Virus record (IMG/VR): IMGVR_UViG_3300044655_001100
Span: 1 to 64,000 of that record
Reading direction: 5' to 3' (one strand)
DNA from: a virus
Length of the DNA: 64,000 nt
Part shown: positions 10,535 to 20,146 of the stretch, one piece after another
Numbering within the stretch: position 1 is the first letter of the stretch
How the letters are laid out: the number at the start of each line of letters is the position of its first letter
Translations under genes and position numbers: made by a program
The notes under the pieces: model-generated
Databases searched by the model: none
What the model was told of the DNA's origin: nothing
The model's input: the letters and a program-made list of their open reading frames with translations, nothing else

Positions 10535-11428
10535 ATGCCAGTAACAATTGACGGCACAGCAGGCGTTATATCGCCAAATATGACAGTCACAACATTGACG
10601 CCGGGGTCTACTGTCGGCGTTGGCACTGGCGGTATTTTAAATAGCAGTGGTGGCGGTGGCGGTGGTGGTTCTGGAACTGCTGGGCAGTTGGCATATTATG
10701 CGGCAACAGGAACAACTTCTGTCGGCACAAATGCTGGCACGGGCGTTATTACGGCTATTGGACTTGCGGCTAATACAGCTGGCGGTATTTTAGTTCCATC
10801 AGCAGCTGGTACAGCGGGGCAGGTTTTACTTGGCGCTGGTTCTGGCGCAAGTCCAACATGGAGTTCCACGCCAACCCTTGGTGTTGTTGGAACGACTGCT
10901 GGAACGTTGGCGTTGGCTGGATCTACAAGTGGCTCAACGACATTAGCGGCATCTGCCATTGCTGGAACGACGACGGCTACGTTACCTGCACGGACTGGCA
11001 ATCTGATGATGGATGGGCCTGCGTTTAGTGTTTATCAAAGCGCGGCTCAAGCTGCATTACCTGCTGGAACACCTACAAAGATTTCACTACAAACAGAAGA
11101 ATTTGATACAAATAATAATTTTGATAACGCAACTAATTACCGATTTACTCCAACTGTTGCAGGATATTATCAAATTAACGGTAGCGTTCAAGTTTCTGGT
11201 GTTACCACGGGTCTAACATCTTATATTTACAAAAATGGTTTATCTTACAAACAAGGAAGTTATCTCCAAACATCCTCATCAACCCCAATATCTAATGTTG
11301 GTTCTGTTATTTATTTTAATGGAACAACAGATTATATCGAATTATGGGCATATACAGTAACCTCCTTGTCAGTAATTTCATCCAGTTCTTCTACTTTCTT
11401 AAACGGTTGCCTCATCCGTGGCGCATAA
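10535..11428 (+). CDS. Tail fibre with C-terminal C1q-like domain
   Basis: GPAFSVY...EEFDTNNNFD...RFTPTVAGYYQ...NGTTDYIEL. Confidence 0.75.
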   Translation: MPVTIDGTAGVISPNMTVTTLTPGSTVGVGTGGILNSSGGGGGGGSGTAGQLAYYAATGTTSVGTNAGTGVITAIGLAANTAGGILVPSAAGTAGQVLLGAGSGASPTWSSTPTLGVVGTTAGTLALAGSTSGSTTLAASAIAGTTTATLPARTGNLMMDGPAFSVYQSAAQAALPAGTPTKISLQTEEFDTNNNFDNATNYRFTPTVAGYYQINGSVQVSGVTTGLTSYIYKNGLSYKQGSYLQTSSSTPISNVGSVIYFNGTTDYIELWAYTVTSLSVISSSSSTFLNGCLIRGA

Positions 11429-11456
11429 CTCTATAATCTACTAAGGACCAAGAACC

Positions 11457-11885
11457 ATGGCCCAACGCCAAATACCCAACCTACCAGCGGCAGTATCTCT
11501 GTCTCCAACTGCACTCATCGAAATTGTGCAAAATGGAACAAGTATGAGAGCCTCTGCTGGGCAGATTGCGAAGCTTGGGTCATCGGTTGTTTTTGATGTT
11601 GTAAATAATGTTTCGGACACAGCGGTATTTTATCCGATTTATTTGAGTATTTATGAAGGCACAACGAATATCGCTTATGCGTCGAGTCCAAATTATTTAT
11701 ATGTTCCGCAAGAGGGTAGATTATCGTCGCTGCGTCCAGAGGCGATGCAGGGTGTTGCGTATAATAAGAATGCAGTTACACAGAATTACACATTTCCAAC
11801 TGGCGATAATGGTATGAGCGCAGGGCCTGTCACCATATCGGCGGTTTTGACTGTTCCCACAGGGTCTAATTGGGTCGTCGTCTGA
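11457..11885 (+). CDS. Short fibre adaptor protein
   Basis: N-terminal IPNLPAA anchor-like motif; C-terminal MSAGPVT...VPTGSNWVVV domain. Confidence 0.65.
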   Translation: MAQRQIPNLPAAVSLSPTALIEIVQNGTSMRASAGQIAKLGSSVVFDVVNNVSDTAVFYPIYLSIYEGTTNIAYASSPNYLYVPQEGRLSSLRPEAMQGVAYNKNAVTQNYTFPTGDNGMSAGPVTISAVLTVPTGSNWVVV

Positions 11886-11905
11886 ACGGCTAGAGGATTT
11901 ATAAG

Positions 11906-14900
11906 ATGAGCGTTACGATCAACGGCACCAATAACTCAATCGCTTTTCCGGGCACAACCTCTGGAACGATTACGCTTTCGGCCACTCCTGCATCTGGAAC
12001 ACGCACACAGTATCTGCCAAACGCAGATGGAACATTGTTGCTTGCGACTGTTGTTATGAACTTCCCCACAACGCTTGGCGCAGCGGGTAACGTTCTTTCA
12101 ACCGATGGCGCTGGTAATCTTTCTTGGATATCTGGCGGCGGTGTTGGATCTGTAACATCAGTTAATGCAGCGACAGTTGCAGGTATGGGGCTGTCATTTA
12201 GTGGTGGACCGATTACAGCTGCTGGCACGTTAACTCTTGGCGGCACTCTTTCGATTGCTAATGGCGGCACGGGTCAAACAACGGCAGCGGCAGCTGCTAA
12301 TGCGTTGCTTCCTGCGCAGACTGCTCCTCAAGCTGGTTATGTGCTTTCAACCGATGGCGCTGGTGTATTAAGCTGGATAGCTAACGTCACGGCACCTGCT
12401 GCACCAGTTAATTCGGTTCAGTTTAATAATGCTGGATCTTTTGACGGCGACTCAGACTTTACTTTTGTTAGTGGCGTTAATGCTGTGCTTAGCGTTGGTA
12501 GCTTTGCTGGCAAAACTGGCGTTCTCAAGCTTCAGAATACTGGCATTAGCGGAAGTGTAACAATTGCTCCACCGACAGGCGCTCTTGCGTCTTGGACATT
12601 GACGCTTCCAAATAATGACGGTGCTGCGGGTGAATTCCTGACAACAGACGGCGCAGGAAATACGTCGTGGGCCCCAGCTGGTGGCGGTGGTGGTTCTGTT
12701 ACGAGCGTTGATGTGTCTGGTGGGTTAACAGGTCTAACGACTTCTGGCGGACCTATTCTGACTTCTGGCACAATCACGCTGGCCGGAACGCTTAATGTTT
12801 CAAACGGCGGCACAGGCGCAACGACTGCGATTGCTGCTCTTAATAATCTTCTGCCTACTCAGGGCGGCAATGCTGGACAGTATCTCACAACAGACGGCTT
12901 GAATAACGTCTCTTGGGACTCGATTGATATATCAACCGCATCTGTTACGGGCATTCTTCCGGTTGCCAAGGGTGGCACAGGGCTCAACGCTGTAGGACCT
13001 GCGGGTGAAGTTCTAATATCAAACGGAACGACAGCTGGCTGGGCAGCGCTTCCTCCTGTTGCGGATCTTTCTGGTGGCGGCGCAGGTCAGGTTCCGTATC
13101 AATCTGCTGCTAATAATACTGCATTTGTTGCTGCTGGAACGGTTGGTCAGGTTTTTCAATCTAACGGCACTGCTGCTCCAACTTGGGGCCCAATCAATTT
13201 AGCGTCGGCTGCCTCAGTCACAAACATCTTGCCAATCGCCAATGGCGGCACAGGCTTGTCTGCACTGGGCGCAAGTGTGCAAACGGCGCTTGGTGTTAAC
13301 GTCGGATCAGCTGGCTCTATAGTTCTAAATGGCGGCGCTCTCGGAACTCCTGCCTCTGGCGATCTGTCAAACTGCACAAATCTTGATTTGACATCTGGCG
13401 TTGCGAACGTTCTTCCGATTGCCAATGGTGGCACGGGGTTGAACACCGTTGGTCCTGCGGGTGAGATTCTCATTTCAGACGGCACGGGTGCAGCGTGGGC
13501 TGCAATGCCACCAGCCACTGATATTGCAAATGGTGCTGCTGGACAAATTCCATATCAAACAGCGCCAGACACAACGTCATTTGTTACGGTTGGAACGGCT
13601 GGTCAGATCCTGCAATCAAATGGTGCAGCTGCGCCGACATGGATTAATGTCCCAAATGCACCGTCAATTGCTGGCGGTATTGCGTCGGAAGTTCTGTATC
13701 AATCATCACCTGGCGTCACGGCTTTTGTTCCAAACGGAACGATTGGCGAATCGCTTCTTTCGAACGGCGTTGGCGCACCCGCATGGGGGCCGCTTGATCT
13801 GAGCCTCGCGGCTGCTGTTACAGGTATCCTGCCAATTGCTCATGGTGGCACAGGTCTGGCTGCTCTTGGTGCTGGCGTTCAGACGGCGCTTTCAAACGCT
13901 GCTGGCGGCGCAAATGGTTTTGCGACACTTAATGCTTCGGGCATCCTTCCGACAACGCAGGGCGGCATCGGCGGTGCGCTGAATGCTGGCTGGACATCAA
14001 TCCTTGGCGCTGCCCCTGGCACAGGCGTTGGCACGGCTCTTGGAATCAACGTCGGCACAGCTGGTTCGTTTGTCGTTAATGGTGGAGCTCTTGGTACGCC
14101 AGCCTCTGGTGTTTTGACGAATGCAACGGGCCTTCCGCTAACAACGGGCGTTACAGGAATCCTGCCGATTGCGAATGGTGGCACTGGTCTTGGCGTAATT
14201 GGCACAGTTGGTCAGGTTCTAACGTCTGACGGCACGAATGCTGTTTGGGCGAATGAGTCGGCGTTTGCGGCAGATTTGTCTGGCGGCGCTGCATCTCAGC
14301 TTCTTTATCAGTCAGCTGCAAACACAACGGCTTTCCTGCCAAACGGCACAGCTGGTCAGGTTCTCCAGTCGAATGGTGCGCTTGCTCCTCAGTGGGTGAC
14401 TTCGGACGTCACAATTGGCACGACGAGCATTCCACTTGACGGCTCTTCGGTGTCTCTTGCTGGCGTTAGTTTTGTAACGCTTACACAAGACCCACCAACA
14501 GCGCTTGATGCTGCGACAAAGCAATATGTGGATCTTGCCACATCTTCCGTAAACCGCATGGCTCCTGTTGATGCGGCAACAACTGGCCCTATTACCCTTA
14601 GTGGTGCGCAGACGGTTGACGGCGTTCCCCTTGTTGGTGGTGAACGTGTTCTTGTTAAGAACCAAGTAGCCCCTGCAGACAACGGCGTTTATGACGTTGG
14701 AACGCCTTGGACACGTTCTGCAGATGCAGATACGTGGAATGAATATGTTGCGGCACAGGTTTATGTTCTGAATGGCTCGACGCAAGATGCGACTTCTTGG
14801 ATTCAGACGTCCCCAGCTGGTGGAACGCTTGGTAGCACTGCGCTGAATTGGGAACAGACATCTGGCATTAATAGTTACGCTGCCGGTATTGGCCTTACAC

Positions 14901-17179
14901 AGGCTGGTAACGTCTTTAACAATGCTGGCGTTCTTTCGTTTTCTGGCAGCACGACTGGCTTAACACCTGCTCTTGCGACAACTGGTGCTGTATCTCTTGG
15001 TGGTACGCTCCTTCCTGCTCACGGCGGCACGGGCTTAAATGCGCTTGGCACGGGTGTGGCTACAGCGCTCGGCATCAACGTCGGCACAGCTGGCTCCTTC
15101 GTCGTCAACGGCGGCGCTCTCGGAACGCCTTCTTCTGGCACACTGACGAACGCGACTGGCTTGCCGATTTTAACAGGCGTATCTGGCCTTGGCACAAACG
15201 TAGCGACCTTCCTTGCAACGCCGTCGAGCGCTAACCTTGCGGCAGCGATTACAGATGAGACAGGCTCTGGCGCACTTGTGTTTGCGAACTCGCCAACATT
15301 GGTTACGCCAAATCTTGGAACGCCGTCTACGCTTGTTCTGACAAATGCGACGGGCCTTAATTTAACGACAGGCGTGACAGGTATATTGCCTATTGCGAAC
15401 GGAGGCACAGGACTTTCGGCACTCGGCACAGGCATTCAGACAGCGCTCGGCACAAATCTTGGTGCAGTTGGTGGCTTGCTGACGGTTGGCGCTACGCCGC
15501 TCACGAACAATGGTGTTCTTCTTGGAACATCTGTAGCGGGTGAACTTGGTTCGACAGCAGTTGGCATAACGGGTCAGATTCTGATCGGTCAGACAGCTTC
15601 TGCGCCAATTTGGTCATCTACAGTTACTTTGGGCGTTCAAGGCACGACTGCTGGCGTATTACGTCTTGCAAACACGAATGCTGGTAACTTCCCAACGACG
15701 ATTTCGTCTAGTGCATCGGCAACTGCTGCGTGGACTCTGACGCTCCCAGTTGATGATGGATTGGCGGGTCAGGTTCTCTCGACTGACGGCAACGGCCTTA
15801 CATCGTGGATTGCGAATGACGCTGGCATCACTGTTAATACGACAGCGATTATCGGTGGCACAACAAACCGTATTCTTTATGACAATGCTGGCACCGTTGG
15901 TGAATTACCTGTCGGAACTGGCGTTGCTGCGGCGATTGCAGCAAACGTCGGCGCTGCTGGCGGCTTCCTGATTAATGGTGCAACACCACTGACGGCAAAT
16001 GGCGTCGTTCTTGGCACATCGACACTGGGTCAGCTTGGTTCGACGGCTGTTGGAACGACAGGTCAGGTGTTTATTGGAAACACGGCTGCTGCTCCTTCGT
16101 GGTCATCGACGCTAGTTCTTGGAACACAGAGCACAACAGCTGGTGTATTACGCCTTACGAATACGGCTGTTGGCGCATTCCCAACGACAATTCAATCGGC
16201 TTCTGGCGCTACAATGGCGTGGACATTAACATTGCCACCAGATGATGGTTTGGCTGGTTATGTTCTTGCGACAGACGGATCTGGCAATACAACATGGGTT
16301 GATAAAGCCGCACTAGGTTTCACTCAAGGGTCTGTTCCATTTATCGGCGCTGCTGGCGATCTTGCTCAAGATAACGCTAATTTCTTCTTCGATAACACGA
16401 ATAATCGCCTTGGGTTAATTACATCTGCCCCAGATGTAACGCTTGATGTTGGATTGGCCACTGACGCAATTGCAATGCCTAAAGGCACAACGCTTGAGCG
16501 TCCAAATCCTGCGGCCCCTGGCTACACACGCTTTAACATCACTACTGATGCTCTTGAGACATTTGATGGAACTGATTGGGTTAGAGCAAGTCAAGGCGTC
16601 TATTCATTAGGTTCTGTTTTATTTGCAGATGCTAATGGAGCAATAGCGGAAGATAATTCAAACTTCTTCTGGGATAACACGACGAAGACGTTGGCTCTTG
16701 GTGAAGCGTCAACAAGTGATGGACAGCTGAAGCTCTACAGCAATCTTTCTGCAAATAGTGTTAGTATTTTCTCTGGAAACAACACTGTTTCTTGGAACTT
16801 AATACTTCCTGTTGATGATGGCGCAGCTGGTCAAGCACTTATCACAGACGGTTCTGGCGTAACGTCATGGGGCGCTGCTGGTGCGACCATTACGGACACG
16901 ACGGCTGCTGGCACGAATTATCCTGTCTTTGCGAATGCTAATACAGGCACATTCTCAACTGCCTATGTTACGAGCACCAAATATACCTTCAACCCTAGCA
17001 CGGGTCAGCTGACTGCGCCGAATATGGCGTCATCTGCGGGTATCCATTTGAATGCTCAGGCGATAACGGCTAGTTACACAATTCCAGCTGGTTACAATGG
17101 ATTAAGTGCTGGGCCTGTTGTATTATCTGGCGGCGTGACCGTTACAGTCGCGGCAGGCGGAAACTGGGCAGTAGTTTAA
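11906..17179 (+). CDS. Long (1757 aa) Gly/Ala/Thr-rich fibre
   Basis: Many TGILPIANGGTG, LGTPxSG and VLSTDGxG repeats; DAATKQYVD; C-terminal ...WAVV domain. Confidence 0.85.
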   Translation: MSVTINGTNNSIAFPGTTSGTITLSATPASGTRTQYLPNADGTLLLATVVMNFPTTLGAAGNVLSTDGAGNLSWISGGGVGSVTSVNAATVAGMGLSFSGGPITAAGTLTLGGTLSIANGGTGQTTAAAAANALLPAQTAPQAGYVLSTDGAGVLSWIANVTAPAAPVNSVQFNNAGSFDGDSDFTFVSGVNAVLSVGSFAGKTGVLKLQNTGISGSVTIAPPTGALASWTLTLPNNDGAAGEFLTTDGAGNTSWAPAGGGGGSVTSVDVSGGLTGLTTSGGPILTSGTITLAGTLNVSNGGTGATTAIAALNNLLPTQGGNAGQYLTTDGLNNVSWDSIDISTASVTGILPVAKGGTGLNAVGPAGEVLISNGTTAGWAALPPVADLSGGGAGQVPYQSAANNTAFVAAGTVGQVFQSNGTAAPTWGPINLASAASVTNILPIANGGTGLSALGASVQTALGVNVGSAGSIVLNGGALGTPASGDLSNCTNLDLTSGVANVLPIANGGTGLNTVGPAGEILISDGTGAAWAAMPPATDIANGAAGQIPYQTAPDTTSFVTVGTAGQILQSNGAAAPTWINVPNAPSIAGGIASEVLYQSSPGVTAFVPNGTIGESLLSNGVGAPAWGPLDLSLAAAVTGILPIAHGGTGLAALGAGVQTALSNAAGGANGFATLNASGILPTTQGGIGGALNAGWTSILGAAPGTGVGTALGINVGTAGSFVVNGGALGTPASGVLTNATGLPLTTGVTGILPIANGGTGLGVIGTVGQVLTSDGTNAVWANESAFAADLSGGAASQLLYQSAANTTAFLPNGTAGQVLQSNGALAPQWVTSDVTIGTTSIPLDGSSVSLAGVSFVTLTQDPPTALDAATKQYVDLATSSVNRMAPVDAATTGPITLSGAQTVDGVPLVGGERVLVKNQVAPADNGVYDVGTPWTRSADADTWNEYVAAQVYVLNGSTQDATSWIQTSPAGGTLGSTALNWEQTSGINSYAAGIGLTQAGNVFNNAGVLSFSGSTTGLTPALATTGAVSLGGTLLPAHGGTGLNALGTGVATALGINVGTAGSFVVNGGALGTPSSGTLTNATGLPILTGVSGLGTNVATFLATPSSANLAAAITDETGSGALVFANSPTLVTPNLGTPSTLVLTNATGLNLTTGVTGILPIANGGTGLSALGTGIQTALGTNLGAVGGLLTVGATPLTNNGVLLGTSVAGELGSTAVGITGQILIGQTASAPIWSSTVTLGVQGTTAGVLRLANTNAGNFPTTISSSASATAAWTLTLPVDDGLAGQVLSTDGNGLTSWIANDAGITVNTTAIIGGTTNRILYDNAGTVGELPVGTGVAAAIAANVGAAGGFLINGATPLTANGVVLGTSTLGQLGSTAVGTTGQVFIGNTAAAPSWSSTLVLGTQSTTAGVLRLTNTAVGAFPTTIQSASGATMAWTLTLPPDDGLAGYVLATDGSGNTTWVDKAALGFTQGSVPFIGAAGDLAQDNANFFFDNTNNRLGLITSAPDVTLDVGLATDAIAMPKGTTLERPNPAAPGYTRFNITTDALETFDGTDWVRASQGVYSLGSVLFADANGAIAEDNSNFFWDNTTKTLALGEASTSDGQLKLYSNLSANSVSIFSGNNTVSWNLILPVDDGAAGQALITDGSGVTSWGAAGATITDTTAAGTNYPVFANANTGTFSTAYVTSTKYTFNPSTGQLTAPNMASSAGIHLNAQAITASYTIPAGYNGLSAGPVVLSGGVTVTVAAGGNWAVV

Positions 17180-17205
17180 TAGTCAAAACTTAGAGGTTTT
17201 ATAAA

Positions 17206-18183
17206 ATGGCGACGATTACACTCAACGGCTCAGCATCGGGCTCTATTAATCTTACCGTTCCTGCGGCTGCTGGGACGAATACTGTTACCATCCCCGCCGC
17301 TACTGGCACGTTGATGCTGTCAACTAATTCTTATTCTTGGCCAGCCAGCTACGGCACGAGTGGTCAGGTTCTTTCAACTGATGGTGCGGGTAATCTTTCG
17401 TGGATTAATGCTGGCAGCGGCGGCGGAACGGTTAATTCTGGCACATCAGGTCAACTTGCATATTATGCTGCTACAGGAACTGCTGTAAGTGGATTGACGC
17501 TTGGAACAGGCGTTCAAACGGCGATTGGTATTGCCGCAAATACTGTTGGGGGAATTGTTACATATAATGGAACGGCACCCACTCAAACAGTTTTAAGTTC
17601 TGGTTCTGGAACATATACAGTACCTACGGGCGTTAAATATATCCGTATCCAAATGTGCGGTGGCGGTGGCGGTGGTACCGGCGTTACCCCTGGTGTTGGT
17701 TACGGAACTGGGGGTTCTGGTGGAACTACATCATTTGGTTCGTATAGTGCTTCTGGTGGTGGCGGTGGCACAAACACAGGATCTGGAGTTAGAGGGCTAA
17801 CTGTTACAGGATCACCAACTATAATTATAAACGGAAACGATGGAAATAATTCCACTTTTGTAGGAATATCTTCTACTTCCGGCGGCGGAAATGGCGGAGC
17901 ATCATTTTTTGGCGCTGGCGGCAATGGAGGTAAACCGGGTTCTAGTGGTGCGAACGCTTTTGTTTATGGCGCTGGCGGAGGGGGTATGGGTGGTGATTCT
18001 GGAAGTTCTGTCTCTCCTGGATGCGGAGGAGGGGGCTCTCCCTATATCTCAACAATAATTGCATCTCCTGCTGCTACATATTCTTACGTCGTTGCAGCTG
18101 GTGGTGCAGCTGGTGCTGGAACTTTGTCAGGCGGAGCAGGTAGTTCTGGCGTTATTATCATTGACGAATATTACAATTACTAA
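17206..18183 (+). CDS. Fibre with glycine-rich tip domain
   Basis: SGTYTVPTGVKY...GGGGGG polyglycine domain ending GSSGVIIIDEY. Confidence 0.75.
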   Translation: MATITLNGSASGSINLTVPAAAGTNTVTIPAATGTLMLSTNSYSWPASYGTSGQVLSTDGAGNLSWINAGSGGGTVNSGTSGQLAYYAATGTAVSGLTLGTGVQTAIGIAANTVGGIVTYNGTAPTQTVLSSGSGTYTVPTGVKYIRIQMCGGGGGGTGVTPGVGYGTGGSGGTTSFGSYSASGGGGGTNTGSGVRGLTVTGSPTIIINGNDGNNSTFVGISSTSGGGNGGASFFGAGGNGGKPGSSGANAFVYGAGGGGMGGDSGSSVSPGCGGGGSPYISTIIASPAATYSYVVAAGGAAGAGTLSGGAGSSGVIIIDEYYNY

Positions 18184-18192
18184 GGTGCAATC

Positions 18193-18390
18193 ATGAAAAG
18201 ATATGCGATTATAAAAGGCGAAGAAGTCATCAACGTAGTATCTTACGAAAACCCTCCGTCAAATCCACCACTTGGGTTTCCAGCTGATCACATTGCTGTT
18301 GAATCAGAACGTGCCAGCCCTGGATGGCTTTATAAAAATGGGCAATTAATCGATACTATACCGATTATTCCTCATGTAATTGAAAAATAA
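18193..18390 (+). CDS. Small fibre-associated protein
   Basis: YAII...VINV...PGWLY.NG pattern; follows the glycine-rich fibre. Confidence 0.55.
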   Translation: MKRYAIIKGEEVINVVSYENPPSNPPLGFPADHIAVESERASPGWLYKNGQLIDTIPIIPHVIEK

Positions 18391-18516
18391 GATCAGTGTC
18401 CGTTCCAGAAAAAATAGACTCTATAATGTTGGGAATGGAATCTGTATTCGTAATGATGCCAATAGTGTTTATTTGGATCATGATGAGGAAGTAAAAAGTA
18501 GTAAGGACAAGTTCTT

Positions 18517-18885
18517 ATGCCGCTTAATTTATTGCCAACGACGATTACGAGTGAGCCTTTAGATGGGCTGCTGCAGTATGACGTTCTGACACAGGTGATA
18601 TATTACAGCGATGCAGATACGACAGGTGATTTTCAGATAAACTTTCGCGGTGATTCTGAAACAACATTTGCGTCAACTGTCCCAGTTGGCAATACTCTTG
18701 AGTTAACGCTTTTCGCTAATATGGGCGAAACAGCACATTCACTAACTGAAATAACGATTGATGGCGAGGCTCCATCACAGATCTTAGGAGTAAAGCAATT
18801 ACCTATTCTTTGGAACAGAAACGTAATTGCACAAATTTCCTTCAGCATAACGCAAGTTTCTGAAGGAGTTTTTTTGCTGTATTGA
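18517..18885 (+). CDS. Hypothetical virion protein
   Basis: AAGGA SD; acidic, beta-rich; YY...FQINFRGD module. Confidence 0.5.
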   Translation: MPLNLLPTTITSEPLDGLLQYDVLTQVIYYSDADTTGDFQINFRGDSETTFASTVPVGNTLELTLFANMGETAHSLTEITIDGEAPSQILGVKQLPILWNRNVIAQISFSITQVSEGVFLLY

Positions 18886-18975
18886 GTTATAAAGATTTAA
18901 CCCCCACGCAACGGGGGTTATATAAGTCGGGGGATGGTCCCCTGACACTCTAGCGCTTAGAGGAGCGTATTTAAA

Positions 18976-19164
18976 ATGGAACAAGAACCAGTAACGATCA
19001 CTTTGACTGTAGCTCAATGGAATTCTATTCTTGGCGCATTGTCAACAGCCCCTTTTCAGGTCGTGAATCAGATTTCTGAAGCGGTCAATGCGTTGCAGGT
19101 GGCTGCAGGCCCTCAGGTAGAAGAGGCTGCCAAGAAACATGCCCCAGCTGAAGCTGCTGAATAA
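18976..19164 (+). CDS. Hypothetical protein
   Basis: GAGGAG SD; LTVxQWNxILxAL..PF pattern common in phage tail regions. Confidence 0.6.
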   Translation: MEQEPVTITLTVAQWNSILGALSTAPFQVVNQISEAVNALQVAAGPQVEEAAKKHAPAEAAE

Positions 19165-19173
19165 TTATCAAAT

Positions 19174-19197
19174 GGGCCAGTCTTAAGGGGCTGGCCC
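19174..19197 (+). terminator. Hairpin, possible terminator
   Basis: GGGCCAG...CTGGCCC. Confidence 0.35.
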
Positions 19198-19223
19198 TCA
19201 TTCTATCTAACGGGCCATCGATC

Positions 19224-19457
19224 ATGGATAATCAATCAATCATCAATATGGCTCTTGGAACCATATTGCTTATCGCTGGATGGTTCGCACGAGAGTTATG
19301 GGTTGCCGTTAAAGATTTAAAAAATGATTTGCATGACTTGGAAATTATATTGCCAAATGAATATGTAAAACGCGATGAATACATGGATACAATGCGCGAA
19401 GTGAAAGATATGCTTTATAAGATATTTGAGCGCTTGGATAATAAGGCAGATCGATAA
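19224..19457 (+). CDS. Membrane-anchored coiled-coil protein (holin/antiholin-like)
   Basis: Single N-terminal TM segment, then YVKRDEY...LDNKAD. Confidence 0.55.
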   Translation: MDNQSIINMALGTILLIAGWFARELWVAVKDLKNDLHDLEIILPNEYVKRDEYMDTMREVKDMLYKIFERLDNKADR

Positions 19458-20143
19458 TGGCAATGGATTATAATTCATATGTCGATAGTCTTGCAAACTT
19501 GATGACAGCAAATCCTTTGGAACCTGAGTTCCAGATATTTTTGCCTGACTGTATCACGTACGCAGAAAAAAGATTATATAGAGAGCTCGACCTCATTAAT
19601 ACTGTTGCTGCTGCAACTGGCAGCTTAACTGCAAACGATAGATTATTTAATTTACCAGCAGCGCCTTACGGAAGTTTTATAACAACACAGGGCGTTAATG
19701 TTTTTGCAAATAACCAGCGTGTTCAATTACAGCCAGTTTCTATTTCATTTCTTAATGCTGTTTGGGGAACAGCTGCAACTAAAGGCGTTCCTGAATATTT
19801 TGCAATGTTAACGCAAGACAGTCTTTTACTTGGGCCTTATCCAGATCAAAATTACGTTGCTGAAGTTATCGGAACATATCGCCCAGAACCTTTGTCGCCT
19901 ACAAATCCAACAACATTTATAACAGAATATTTGCCAGACTTGTTCTTGGCTGCTTCGATGGTGTTTGCATCGGGCTATCAAAGAGACTTTGGCGCACAGT
20001 CGGATAACCCTGCACAGTCGCAGTCGTGGGAGAACCAATACACATTGCTGTTTAAAGGTGCCAACCTTGAGGCTCTCAGGCAGAAATTCAGTGGCCCCGC
20101 CTGGACTTCGCTCTCTGCTATACCTGTTGCGGATTCGAGGTAA
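19457..20143 (+). CDS. Putative head-to-tail adaptor
   Basis: ITYAEKRLYREL...PEYF...GPYPD...PDLFLAA; upstream of the tail stabilisation gene. Confidence 0.6.
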   Translation: MAMDYNSYVDSLANLMTANPLEPEFQIFLPDCITYAEKRLYRELDLINTVAAATGSLTANDRLFNLPAAPYGSFITTQGVNVFANNQRVQLQPVSISFLNAVWGTAATKGVPEYFAMLTQDSLLLGPYPDQNYVAEVIGTYRPEPLSPTNPTTFITEYLPDLFLAASMVFASGYQRDFGAQSDNPAQSQSWENQYTLLFKGANLEALRQKFSGPAWTSLSAIPVADSR

Positions 20144-20146
20144 GCC

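Noticed and set aside
11899-15435. Antisense ORFs over the fibre genes (also over the ejection genes)
   Set aside because: Expected shadow frames of Gly/Ala/Thr-rich coding sequence, with no motifs or SDs.
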